Made by a program: the position numbers and the translations under genes
Source: Clostridia bacterium
Lineage (GTDB): Bacteria; Bacillota; Clostridia; Christensenellales; CAG-1252
Length of the DNA: 44,131 bases
NCBI GenBank assembly: GCA_017615495.1
Contig: JAGAAA010000077.1
Span: 1 to 44,131 of the forward strand
Direction: 5' to 3'
Shown: piece by piece, positions 10,626 through 18,847 of the stretch
Layout of the letters: the number at the start of each line of letters is the position of its first letter
Numbering within the stretch: position 1 is the first letter of the stretch
Notes under the pieces: generated by a model
What the model was told of the DNA's origin: nothing
Database searches by the model: none
The model's input: only the letters and a program-made list of their open reading frames with translations

Positions 10626-11699
10626 TCATTTTTGAGAGAAAGCGGATAGATTCTCTAAAACCCGGCTATTAAAAGAGATTATATCTCTTTGAGAAAAGCG
10701 CCGAATTCCCTCCTTTACGACGCGAAAAAGAAGCTCCGGGAACTCGATCCCAACCGCCTCAAACAAGTAATACGCAAGCGACCCGGGTTGCGAGTTGATC
10801 TCGTTCAAATACAAAACGTCCGACGTTTCGTCATAGAGGTAATCGACCCGAGCGATGCCGTCAAGTTCAAAGGCACGGTAGACCTGCTCCGTGGTTTCGC
10901 GCACCCTGTTCGCGAGCGCGCCTTCCACGAGAGCATTCGCGCCGCTTTTGTATTTGCCGCCCTCGTACTTTTCCCGAAAGGTCAAAAATTCACGCCAAGG
11001 CTTGGGGTTTTCCACCCCGCTGACAACTATGTTGTCACCCTCGCGAAAGGCGGCACAATTCAGCTCTCTGACATTTGAAACGAGTTCCTCGATCACGACG
11101 TCCGCGTCAAAGGAAAACGCAAGCGCAACGGCGCTTATCAGTTCAAGTTCGTCGTGCGCCACCCCGACGCCGATGCTGGAGCCCAGCCGCGCGGGTTTTA
11201 CGATCAGTGGGTAACGGAGCGCTTTTGCCCGTTCGATCACGTCTTCCCCTCGGTGTCCGACGACGCCTTTTGCCGTTTTGAACCCCTTTTCGGCGCAGAC
11301 GGTCTTGGTCATACGCTTATCCATCGTGACGGCGGAAGCAAGCGGCGAAGAAGCGGTATATGCCAAGTCAAAGCACTCCATCAAAGCCGAAAAGCGCCCA
11401 TCCTCCCCCTCTCCGCCGTGGCAGCATAAAATCACGCAATCCAGCGCCGTTTTTCTATGCCCGACGCGGATGGCGCCACGATCCTCTTTTTTATGAAAAA
11501 GGAGTTTTCTTTTCTTAACGCGGTTTTTGGCAAAATCTTCAATGCGGAGATCACCTTTTACCAAGTAAAATTCTCCGTCTTTTGCGTAGATCTGGTAAAT
11601 TTCCGCCCGCCCTTTGAGCGCCGCCGTCACCTCAGCCGCCGTGATGATTGAAATATCGTGTTCGTAACTTCTTCCGCCAAATAATACGCCGAGTTTCAT
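10626..11699 (-). CDS. ddl: D-alanine--D-alanine ligase
   Basis: N-terminus MKLGVLFGGRSYEHDISIITA and an ATP-grasp C-terminal half ending in the LNEINSQPG motif. Follows murF. Confidence 0.9.
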   Translation of the reverse strand: MKLGVLFGGRSYEHDISIITAAEVTAALKGRAEIYQIYAKDGEFYLVKGDLRIEDFAKNRVKKRKLLFHKKEDRGAIRVGHRKTALDCVILCCHGGEGEDGRFSALMECFDLAYTASSPLASAVTMDKRMTKTVCAEKGFKTAKGVVGHRGEDVIERAKALRYPLIVKPARLGSSIGVGVAHDELELISAVALAFSFDADVVIEELVSNVRELNCAAFREGDNIVVSGVENPKPWREFLTFREKYEGGKYKSGANALVEGALANRVRETTEQVYRAFELDGIARVDYLYDETSDVLYLNEINSQPGSLAYYLFEAVGIEFPELLFRVVKEGIRRFSQRDIISFNSRVLENLSAFSQK

Positions 11700-11707
11700 A
11701 CCCCCTC

Positions 11708-13228
11708 CTACAACAAATAATCGCGCGGGAGGTCGCTCATGATCAAAAGCACGTCTCCCTTTTTTAATATCTTCGCAAACAACGCTGAAGCTTCCTTGGT
11801 GTTTTCCACGCGAAAGACCGTCGTTCTTTCTTCCAACCCCTCTACCACTTCATCGCCGTACCTGCCTTTGCAAACGACGGCGACCGAAGCGACGGATGAT
11901 ATTTTTTGCCCCAAAGCGCGATTTTGGACTTCTTCCTCTTTGCCGAGTTCCACAATGCCGGAAGTGTAAACGATCTTCCTTTCCCCCTCAAAATACCGCA
12001 AAGACTCCAGCGCCACGGCGGCGCCGACGGGATTGGCGTTGTAACCGTCGTCAATGACCGTTACGTCGCCGCTTTTTATCACCTCAAAACGGTGTGAAGG
12101 CGGATAGCACCGTTTTGCCGCAGATGCCACCTTCTCCCACGGAACGCCCAGTTCAACGGCTACCGCCGCGGCGACGGAAATATCTATCGCGCAAGCCGTT
12201 CCGACGCAAGGGGTTTCTATCCGCATCCGTTCGTTGCCTTTTGCAAGAGTAAAAGTCGATCCGCAAGAGGTAAAATTCTGTTCCGAAATAATATAATCCG
12301 CATTTTCGTACCCGACGCCGACCTTTTTGCCTCGCCGTTTTTCATAAAGCTTTCTAACGAGGGGGTCGGTCAAGTTGTAGACCACGAGCCCTTCTTCCGG
12401 CACCCTTTCTGCAAGGACGTTCTTTTCCGCAAGAACGGCTTCCATCGTGCCGAAGGTCTCAAGGTGTTGCGGGGCGATGCCCGTGATCACTCCGACGTCC
12501 GGGCGGACGATATCGCACAATTCGGCAATATCCCCCCTTCGCCTGGCGCCCATTTCCAAAACGAGCATTTGTTCCCGCCCCGTCGCTTCCGTAAGCGTTT
12601 TCGCAACGCCGAGCGGCGTGTTGAAGTTTTCAGGCGAAGCCAAGGTGCAAAACTCTGCGGAAAGCAACTGCTCAAGATATTTTTTGACGCTGGTTTTGCC
12701 GTAACTGCCCGTCACCCCAATTTTAGTCGCGTTCGCACGCGAAAGCGCGCGCTTTGCCCTTTTTACGTAACGATGATTGTTTGCTTTTTCGATCGGACCG
12801 AGAATAACGGCAGATAAAACGACAAAAAGCGGCGCGGAAGATGGCGCCGTCGCCCAAACGCCGCTTGCCGAGGCAAAATACAGCCAAATAAGCGCAACGA
12901 CGTATAGTGCCGTCGAAAGCACCAACAAGCGCACCAAACGGCGCGTATAATGCATATTAATCCGCATTTTTCTATGCGTAAGAAGCACAAATGACGCCGT
13001 CGTAAAATAAAAGGCGAACGTCCAAATGGCAACGAGAAAAGGCGAAAGCGTCAAAAGGACGACCGTTTCCGCCGCCGTTGCCGGCAAAAAATACGCCGCG
13101 CAAGCGATCAATTGTTTTTTCGCGCGAAGAAGCGCTTTTAAGCGGTAGCCGCCCCCTTGCAGCACCGAGGCAAATGGCAACGAAAGGAAGTACGCAAGCC
13201 CCGCCGAGAGCAAAATGGAAGCGATCAT
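11708..13228 (-). CDS. murF: Mur ligase, MurF-like (UDP-MurNAc-tripeptide--D-Ala-D-Ala ligase) with an N-terminal polytopic membrane domain
   Basis: Mur ligase P-loop GVTGSYGKTS, DDGYNANP motif, MurF-like C-terminal domain, and position directly upstream of ddl. The start is set at ATG 13228, which forms an ATGA overlap with the stop of the upstream hydrolase. The first ~150 aa contain about 5 hydrophobic helices instead of the usual MurF N-domain. Confidence 0.75.
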   Translation of the reverse strand: MIASILLSAGLAYFLSLPFASVLQGGGYRLKALLRAKKQLIACAAYFLPATAAETVVLLTLSPFLVAIWTFAFYFTTASFVLLTHRKMRINMHYTRRLVRLLVLSTALYVVALIWLYFASASGVWATAPSSAPLFVVLSAVILGPIEKANNHRYVKRAKRALSRANATKIGVTGSYGKTSVKKYLEQLLSAEFCTLASPENFNTPLGVAKTLTEATGREQMLVLEMGARRRGDIAELCDIVRPDVGVITGIAPQHLETFGTMEAVLAEKNVLAERVPEEGLVVYNLTDPLVRKLYEKRRGKKVGVGYENADYIISEQNFTSCGSTFTLAKGNERMRIETPCVGTACAIDISVAAAVAVELGVPWEKVASAAKRCYPPSHRFEVIKSGDVTVIDDGYNANPVGAAVALESLRYFEGERKIVYTSGIVELGKEEEVQNRALGQKISSVASVAVVCKGRYGDEVVEGLEERTTVFRVENTKEASALFAKILKKGDVLLIMSDLPRDYLL

Positions 13229-14007
13229 ACTCTTCTCCGAAAGGCGCGCAAGATGCGATAGGTAAGATCCGCTTTTTCCAAATAAGCAAAATGCCCGCAC
13301 CCTTCCATTACGACGCATTCGCTTCCTTTTATCAGTTTATTGAGCCGCCTGCACATATAAAGCGGCGTTTCCTTATCCCGGCTTCCCCACAAAAGCAAGG
13401 TGGGCGCAGTGATCGAGCGGGCGTCCTTTTCACTGCTTTCGTTGACCACGTTTAAAAAGGTTTGCTTCATCACGCCGGAAAGTTTTCGGTAATCCTCGCT
13501 TCCTTTCGGAAGCGTTTTAAGTTTTAAGCGCTTTGCTATTTTGTACGCCGCCACCCTCAAGCGATATTTAATTCCCCTTCTGGGCAAAATTCCCGCGCTG
13601 TCCATCAACACGACCCCCGCGAAATTACGGTCGTTTGCCGCCAAGCGCATGGCAACGCGCCCGCCGAAAGAATGCCCGACCAGCACCGCGTTTTCCACAC
13701 CGAGTTCGCCAAGAAGTTCTCTTACCCCCGCCGCGTACCCGCCGACGGTCAAAGCAAAAGGAGGATGCGGCGTTTTGCCAAATCCGTACAAATCGATCAA
13801 AACAACTCTGAATTCGGAGAAAAGTCGGTCGGCAAGCCCTTGGAAGGACGCGATTTCGCCGCCCCAACCGTGCAAAAAGACAAGGCACTTGCCTTTTCCG
13901 TGATCCAAATAGTTGATAGCTGCCTCCTTATAGCTCCAACCAGTAAATGAGCGCGTTTTCCTTATCCGTGTAGTAATGCGGTCTGACGCCTGCCGAGGTA
14001 AACCCAA
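13225..14007 (-). CDS. alpha/beta-fold hydrolase (start uncertain)
   Basis: HGWGG oxyanion region, nucleophile elbow GHSFGG, and a C-terminal GCGHF histidine block. The only in-frame start candidates are TTG 14007 (80-nt overlap with rimI) and TTG 13908 (AAGGAGG 14 nt upstream). Confidence 0.65.
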   Translation of the reverse strand: MGLPRQASDRITTRIRKTRSFTGWSYKEAAINYLDHGKGKCLVFLHGWGGEIASFQGLADRLFSEFRVVLIDLYGFGKTPHPPFALTVGGYAAGVRELLGELGVENAVLVGHSFGGRVAMRLAANDRNFAGVVLMDSAGILPRRGIKYRLRVAAYKIAKRLKLKTLPKGSEDYRKLSGVMKQTFLNVVNESSEKDARSITAPTLLLWGSRDKETPLYMCRRLNKLIKGSECVVMEGCGHFAYLEKADLTYRILRAFRRRV

Positions 14008-14371
14008 ACTTTTCGTAAAGACGTATTGCCGGCAGATTGCTTTCGCGCACTTCGAGAGTTACGGCGCGAGCGGATAAGGCGCGCGCTTTTTCCGTCAAAT
14101 GCGTGATCAGCTTGTTGCCGACGCCCTTTTGCCTGAAAGCAGGGTCGACCGCCACATTCAATATATGCAGCTCATCCAAAATGTGTAAAAAACCGTAATA
14201 ACCGATGATTTTTTGCTCAAAAACCGCCACGTAAAAGCAAGAAAGCGGTTCCTTCATCTCCGAAAGGATCATTTCTTCGCTCCACGGCGTTTTGAAAGAA
14301 ACCTTTTCGATCTCCGCGATCTGTTTGACGTCAGCGGCTAACGCCTCCCTGATCAAAAATTCTTCCGTCAT
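13928..14371 (-). CDS. rimI: ribosomal-protein-alanine N-acetyltransferase (GNAT)
   Basis: GNAT acetyl-CoA motif RQKGVGNKL, 147 aa, in the conserved position after tsaB. Confidence 0.8.
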   Translation of the reverse strand: MTEEFLIREALAADVKQIAEIEKVSFKTPWSEEMILSEMKEPLSCFYVAVFEQKIIGYYGFLHILDELHILNVAVDPAFRQKGVGNKLITHLTEKARALSARAVTLEVRESNLPAIRLYEKFGFTSAGVRPHYYTDKENALIYWLEL

Positions 14372-14964
14372 GCCTTTTGATCCTTCATGCGTTCCGCTTG
14401 CGACTTGCGCATATAGTTGGGTTTCAAATAGGTGGTTTCCTTTGTAGGAGCGCAGGCGGAAAACTCCTTTTCCTCAAACGCTTTGCGCGCGGCAAGAAGC
14501 GCGCCGGCGGGCAACTCTTCCAAAAGATCTTCTTGAAAAACCGTTCCTTCGGGGAGGTCCTTTTTATCGATGTTTTCTTGCGTGAGCGCGCCCCCGAGGT
14601 TAAGCGCGGCGTAACAACTGTCGTGTCCGGCGTCGATGGCAAAACACTTGGCGTTCGGACGGACGGAACGCATCACGTCAAAGGAAGTCAAGGCAAACCG
14701 CGGAAGCGAAAGCGCAAAGCATACGGCGTTTGCAAAGGTAACGCCGATACGGATGCCGGTAAAAGAGCCGGGGCCGACCACCGCCGCAACGCCGTCAAGG
14801 TCCTTTTGCTCGATGGATAGCTCGGCAAGAGCCTTTTTGCAAGCGGGTATCAAAGAAGATTGCGTGGAAAGCGCCGCGTCAAAATAAACGATCGCTTCCC
14901 TTTCGCCGTCAAACGCCGCGACGTACGATCTCTTTAACGTTGTGTCAAGGATCAACCCTTTCAT
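14368..14964 (-). CDS. tsaB: tRNA t6A37 biosynthesis protein TsaB
   Basis: GPGSFTGIRIGV motif of YeaZ/TsaB. 4-nt overlap with rimI. Confidence 0.85.
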   Translation of the reverse strand: MKGLILDTTLKRSYVAAFDGEREAIVYFDAALSTQSSLIPACKKALAELSIEQKDLDGVAAVVGPGSFTGIRIGVTFANAVCFALSLPRFALTSFDVMRSVRPNAKCFAIDAGHDSCYAALNLGGALTQENIDKKDLPEGTVFQEDLLEELPAGALLAARKAFEEKEFSACAPTKETTYLKPNYMRKSQAERMKDQKA

Positions 14965-14972
14965 AACCGCTC

Positions 14973-15386
14973 CTATACGTTTTTTGGCTCGGAAAAGGTT
15001 ATCTTGCGCCCTTCTCCAAAGTACTCCAACGAAATTTCAAACACGCGGGCGTGGAAATCGCGCGTCGCGCACCATTCCACCACGCATACGCCGTCCTTTT
15101 TGCCAAGGTATTCTTCCAGCCCCAGTTCGGTGATATCCCCCGAAAGACGGTACATATCCATATGATACAAAGCAAGAGTATCCCCTTCGTACTCTTTGAT
15201 GATGGTAAAGGTAGGCGAAGTGACGGGTTCTTTGACGCCCAAAGCAAGCGCGACGCCCTTGGTGAAAGTGGTCTTGCCCGCGCCGAGTTCCCCCGTAAGA
15301 AGCACGACGTCGCCGCCTTGCAACTTTGCCGCGAATTCCTTTGCCGCAGCGATGGTTTCTTCCCTTGTCTTTGTAATGATCTCCAT
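14973..15386 (-). CDS. tsaE: tRNA t6A37 biosynthesis ATPase TsaE
   Basis: GELGAGKTTFTKG P-loop, about 34 aa from ATG 15386 (MEIITKTREET), matching the N-terminal spacing in characterised TsaE/YdiB. The listed start at 15473 would run through a strong promoter. Confidence 0.85.
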   Translation of the reverse strand: MEIITKTREETIAAAKEFAAKLQGGDVVLLTGELGAGKTTFTKGVALALGVKEPVTSPTFTIIKEYEGDTLALYHMDMYRLSGDITELGLEEYLGKKDGVCVVEWCATRDFHARVFEISLEYFGEGRKITFSEPKNV

Positions 15387-15392
15387 ACCTTG

Positions 15393-15421
15393 ATTATAGC
15401 GATTTTCACAAAAAATGGCAA
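15393..15421 (-). promoter_or_regulatory. putative promoter of the tsaE operon (possibly giving a leaderless mRNA)
   Basis: On the minus strand: TTGCCA (15421-15416), 17-nt spacer, TATAAT (15398-15393). Only 6 nt separate the -10 from ATG 15386. Confidence 0.5.
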
Positions 15422-15466
15422 CGATTTTGCGCCTTTGAGAATTTTTTGAAAAATCTCGAATTTTTC

Positions 15467-15495
15467 TTGACATTCTTTTGACGCGGGGCTAAAGT
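15467..15495 (+). promoter_or_regulatory. putative promoter of the FMN riboswitch-ribU unit
   Basis: TTGACA (15467-15472), 17-nt spacer, TAAAGT (15490-15495), about 10 nt upstream of the riboswitch P1 helix. Confidence 0.4.
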
Positions 15496-15505
15496 ATAGT
15501 CAGAT

Positions 15506-15667
15506 ACATTTTAGGGCGGAGTGCAATTCTCCACCGGTGGTATAGTCCACGAGCCCGCGAGGGTTGAGCAGGGGCGGTTCCTGCACCGACGGTATAGTCC
15601 GGATGAAGCAAAATGTTCTTTTTTATTGTCTTTTTGCGCCCCGATTTGTGTCGGAGCACATTTTTTT
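15506..15667 (+). promoter_or_regulatory. FMN riboswitch (RFN element) with terminator-type expression platform
   Basis: Conserved RFN core AGGGCGGAGTGCAATTCTCCACCGGTGGTATAGTCCACGAGCC ... GCACCGACGGTATAGTCCGGATGAAG. 7-bp P1 helix ACATTTT (15506-15512) / AAAATGT (15610-15616). An imperfect hairpin at 15635-15660 is followed by T7, then AGGAGG (15668-15673). Confidence 0.9.
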
Positions 15668-15679
15668 AGGAGGCGACTT

Positions 15680-16417
15680 ATGAGCGCAAAAGACACGTTG
15701 AAAAATTTCGGCAAAAAAATCACTCCGGCATACATCACGAAGCTGGCTGTTCTGACGGGCATATCTTTCATTTTGTATATGTTCGCCAAATTCAGTCTTC
15801 CCTTTATGTTCCCCAGCTTCCTTGATATGCAGTTTTCGGAGCTCCCCGCCATCTTCGCAGGCTTCTCGCTGGGACCGGTAGCGGGTGTTTTGGTGATCGT
15901 TTTAAAATGCTTGTTGAAGTTCCCCTTCACAGCCACCGCCTTTGTTGGCGAACTCACCGACATGGTTCTTGGCATCCTGTACGTTTTGCCGGCGTCCATC
16001 ATCTACTATCGCAAAAAGACCAGAAAGACCGCTGTGATCGCATTGATCACCGGTACCGTGGCTTCCACTCTCGGCGCGATCCTTCTCAATAGGTTTGTTT
16101 CCATCCCCTTCTACGTTCAATTCTACTTTGGCGGAAACTTTGACACTCTGATCAACGTCTTCTGCAAGCCTTTGTATCACAGCATCACAAGGGAAAACTT
16201 CTACCTGATTTACCTGTCTGCGGCGGTGTTACCCTTCAACATCCTGCGCCTGTCACTCGTAAGCGTTGTGACCTTCCTCGTCTACAAGAGCCTTTCCAAA
16301 GCCTTGCACTGGGAGATCAAGCCCCGCAAAGTCGAAGCCCCCGCTGAGGAGCCCACAGAGCAAGTTCCCGTCACCGCCGAGGCTCAAACCACAGCTTCCG
16401 AAAACAGCGAAAATTAA
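15680..16417 (+). CDS. ribU: riboflavin transporter, ECF S-component RibU-like
   Basis: Lies directly behind the FMN riboswitch. Multi-TM protein whose FLDMQFSELPAIFAGFSLGPVAGVLVIVLKCLL resembles RibU-type S components. Start at ATG 15680, 6 nt after AGGAGG. About 35-aa hydrophilic C-terminal tail. Confidence 0.75.
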   Translation: MSAKDTLKNFGKKITPAYITKLAVLTGISFILYMFAKFSLPFMFPSFLDMQFSELPAIFAGFSLGPVAGVLVIVLKCLLKFPFTATAFVGELTDMVLGILYVLPASIIYYRKKTRKTAVIALITGTVASTLGAILLNRFVSIPFYVQFYFGGNFDTLINVFCKPLYHSITRENFYLIYLSAAVLPFNILRLSLVSVVTFLVYKSLSKALHWEIKPRKVEAPAEEPTEQVPVTAEAQTTASENSEN

Positions 16418-16430
16418 ACCGTTGATCAAT

Positions 16431-16470
16431 AAAAAAAGTCCGAGGCGATCGCTTCGGACTTTTTATTTTT
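16431..16470. terminator. bidirectional rho-independent terminator (ribU / nfnB)
   Basis: Stem AGTCCGAGGC...GCTTCGGACT (16437-16460), flanked by A7 upstream and a T-run downstream. Lies between two convergent genes. Confidence 0.8.
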
Positions 16471-16478
16471 ACTTAAGC

Positions 16479-17891
16479 TTATTTGTTGGACAAATACTCG
16501 TCGATGGCTTTTGCCGCAACTTTGCCCGCGCCCATTGCGGAAATGACGGTAGCCGCGCCGGTAACCGCGTCGCCGCCGGCGTAAACCGCCACGCGGGAGG
16601 TGAGCCCATCCTCGTTTACGATGATGCCGCCGTGCGAATTGACGTCAAGACCTTCCGTGGTGTTCTTAAGAAGCGGGTTGGGCGAGGTTCCGATCGCCAT
16701 AATGACGACGTCGAGATCAATGTCGAATTCCGAACCCTCAATGGGTACGGGGCGCCTTCTGCCCTTTTGATCAGGCTCGCCAAGTTGCATTTGGATGCAG
16801 CGGATGCCCGTAACGAAGCCGTTTTTGGGGTCGCGCGGGTCGGCGTCGTTGTGATAGCCGAGGATCTCGATGGGGTTGGTCAAAAGACGGAATTCGATGC
16901 CTTCTTCGATGGCGTGCTCCACTTCTTCCTTTCTTGCGGGGAGCTCCTCCATCGAACGACGATAGACGATGTAAACCTTTTCCGCGCCGAGGCGAAGCGC
17001 CGTACGCGCCGCGTCCATCGCCACGTTACCGCCACCGACGACAGCCACTTTGCCGCCCTTCATGATGGGAGTATCGGGGTTTTCCTTATACGCCTTCATC
17101 AAGTTGCTTCTGGTCAAAAACTCGTTTGCGGAGTAAACGCCCTTTAAGGATTCGCCGGGGATGTTCATAAAGTTGGGAAGACCCGCGCCGGAGCCGATAA
17201 ACACCGCTTCAAAGCCCATTTGGAACAGCTCGTCCACCGTGAGCGTCTTGCCGATGACCACGTTGGTCATCACTTCCACGCCAAGCGCTTTCAAGGTTTC
17301 CACTTCCTTCTTGACGATGCTCTTGGGAAGACGGAATTCGGGGATGCCGTAAACCAGCACGCCGCCCGCGAGGTGCAACGCCTCGAAGACCGTCACTTTG
17401 TAACCCTTTTTGGCAAGGTCGCCGGCGCAAGTCAAGCCGGACGGACCCGAACCGATAACAGCCACTTTGTGCCCGTTGGGAACGGGGACTTCGGGAGCTT
17501 CCTTGGAATAAGTGTTGTGATAATCGGCAACGAACCTTTCCAGCCTACCGATACCGACGCTTTCCCCTTTTATGCCGCGCACGCACTTGCTTTCGCACTG
17601 CGTTTCCTGCGGGCAAACACGGCCGCAAACAGCGGGCAAAGAGGAAGTTTGCGTAATGATCTTATACGCGCCCTCAAAATCCATCTCTCTGATTTTGGCA
17701 ATGAACTCGGGAATATGGATGTTGACCGGGCAACCCGATACGCAAGGCATCGTTTTGCAGTTCAAACAACGGTTGGCTTCGTCAACGGCGACGCTCTCTT
17801 CGTAACCGAGAGCAACTTCGCTGAAATTGTGAGCGCGCACAGCCGCCGGCTGCGTGGGCATTTCGTTTTTCTTGGGATTCATATTAGGCAT
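16479..17891 (-). CDS. nfnB: NfnB / GltD-like NADPH-dependent oxidoreductase large subunit (glutamate synthase small-chain family)
   Basis: N-terminal Cys clusters CLNCKTMPCVSGCP and CGRVCPQETQCESKC, two Rossmann motifs (VAVIGSGPSGL, VAVVGGGNVAMD), 470 aa. Paired with an NfnA-like gene. Confidence 0.7.
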   Translation of the reverse strand: MPNMNPKKNEMPTQPAAVRAHNFSEVALGYEESVAVDEANRCLNCKTMPCVSGCPVNIHIPEFIAKIREMDFEGAYKIITQTSSLPAVCGRVCPQETQCESKCVRGIKGESVGIGRLERFVADYHNTYSKEAPEVPVPNGHKVAVIGSGPSGLTCAGDLAKKGYKVTVFEALHLAGGVLVYGIPEFRLPKSIVKKEVETLKALGVEVMTNVVIGKTLTVDELFQMGFEAVFIGSGAGLPNFMNIPGESLKGVYSANEFLTRSNLMKAYKENPDTPIMKGGKVAVVGGGNVAMDAARTALRLGAEKVYIVYRRSMEELPARKEEVEHAIEEGIEFRLLTNPIEILGYHNDADPRDPKNGFVTGIRCIQMQLGEPDQKGRRRPVPIEGSEFDIDLDVVIMAIGTSPNPLLKNTTEGLDVNSHGGIIVNEDGLTSRVAVYAGGDAVTGAATVISAMGAGKVAAKAIDEYLSNK

Positions 17892-17894
17892 ACA

Positions 17895-18743
17895 TCACAC
17901 CCCCTTGAAGAGATTGCAGACTTTTTCATGCGCTTTGCGCTCGAAGTCAAAATAAGTCCTTCCGCGCGACATCGCCTCGTCAAAATCCACTTCGTAACCG
18001 TTGAAATCAGGGCCGTCCACGCAAGCGAACTTGGTGACGCGCTTTCCGTCTTGGTTCAACGTTAAACGGCAACCGCCGCACATCCCCGTGCCGTCGATCA
18101 TGATCGGGTTCATCGAAACGGTGACGGGCACGCCGTACGGCTTTGCGGTCAAGGTGACGAACTTCATCATAATAAGCGGACCGATGGTGATGATCATATC
18201 GAACTTTTCACCCGCGTCAAGCATTTCCTTCAAAGGTACGGTAACGTTGCCGTGGCGAGCGTAGGAGCCGTCGTCCGTCATAACGACAAGCTTGTCCGAG
18301 CAGGCTTTGAACTCGTCTTCAAGGATCAAAAGGTCCTTGTTACGGAAGCCCACGATGCTCGTAACTTCGGTGCCCTGGGCGTGAAGCGCTTCCGCTACCG
18401 GAAGAGCAATGGCGCAACCGACGCCGCCGCCGATGACGCAAACCTTTTTAAGCCCCTCGATCTCGGTGGGGGTGCCAAGCGGACCGACGAAATCCTCAAT
18501 GAATTCGCCCTGCTTTTTGTGGTTGAGCTTTTCCGTCGTCGCGCCGACGATTTGGAAAATGATCTTAACGCCGCCGGTCTTTTTATCGGTGCCGGCGATG
18601 GTCAAAGGGATCCTCTCCCCCTCTTCGTCCACGCGAAGGATGATGAACTGCCCCGCTTTTGCCTTGTTGGCAACGAGGGGAGCCTCGATCTCCATCATCG
18701 TAACGGTAGGATTCAAACTTTTTTTCGTAATGATTTTGTACAT
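17895..18743 (-). CDS. nfnA: NfnA / SudB-like ferredoxin-NADP+ reductase-type subunit
   Basis: FNR-like fold (FIILRVDEEGERIPLTI, VCVIGGGVGCA) and a C-terminal Cys cluster GMCGGCR...CVDGP. Start at ATG 18743 (MYKIITKK), downstream of a strong promoter. Confidence 0.7.
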   Translation of the reverse strand: MYKIITKKSLNPTVTMMEIEAPLVANKAKAGQFIILRVDEEGERIPLTIAGTDKKTGGVKIIFQIVGATTEKLNHKKQGEFIEDFVGPLGTPTEIEGLKKVCVIGGGVGCAIALPVAEALHAQGTEVTSIVGFRNKDLLILEDEFKACSDKLVVMTDDGSYARHGNVTVPLKEMLDAGEKFDMIITIGPLIMMKFVTLTAKPYGVPVTVSMNPIMIDGTGMCGGCRLTLNQDGKRVTKFACVDGPDFNGYEVDFDEAMSRGRTYFDFERKAHEKVCNLFKGV

Positions 18744-18773
18744 ATCCTTTACCTCGATAAAGTTATTATATCG

Positions 18774-18802
18774 GCTATTTCTTCGCCCGTCAAGGCGACA
18801 AA
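18774..18802 (-). promoter_or_regulatory. putative promoter of nfnAB
   Basis: On the minus strand: TTGACG (18802-18797), 17-nt spacer, TATAAT (18779-18774). Confidence 0.55.
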
Positions 18803-18847
18803 ACGCAATCCTCAAAGAAAGTCTTTATACGTGATATAAATCCTTTC

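Noticed and set aside
15511-16002. 163-aa minus-strand ORF, and the 5' extension (15521-15679) of the plus-strand ribU ORF
   Set aside because: - Both cover the FMN riboswitch aptamer and its terminator.
- The real ribU start is ATG 15680, behind AGGAGG.
16422-18839. Plus-strand ORFs 16422-17147, 17220-18065 and 18252-18839
   Set aside because: - They are antisense to nfnB and nfnA.
- One of them would also have to read through the bidirectional terminator at 16431-16470.
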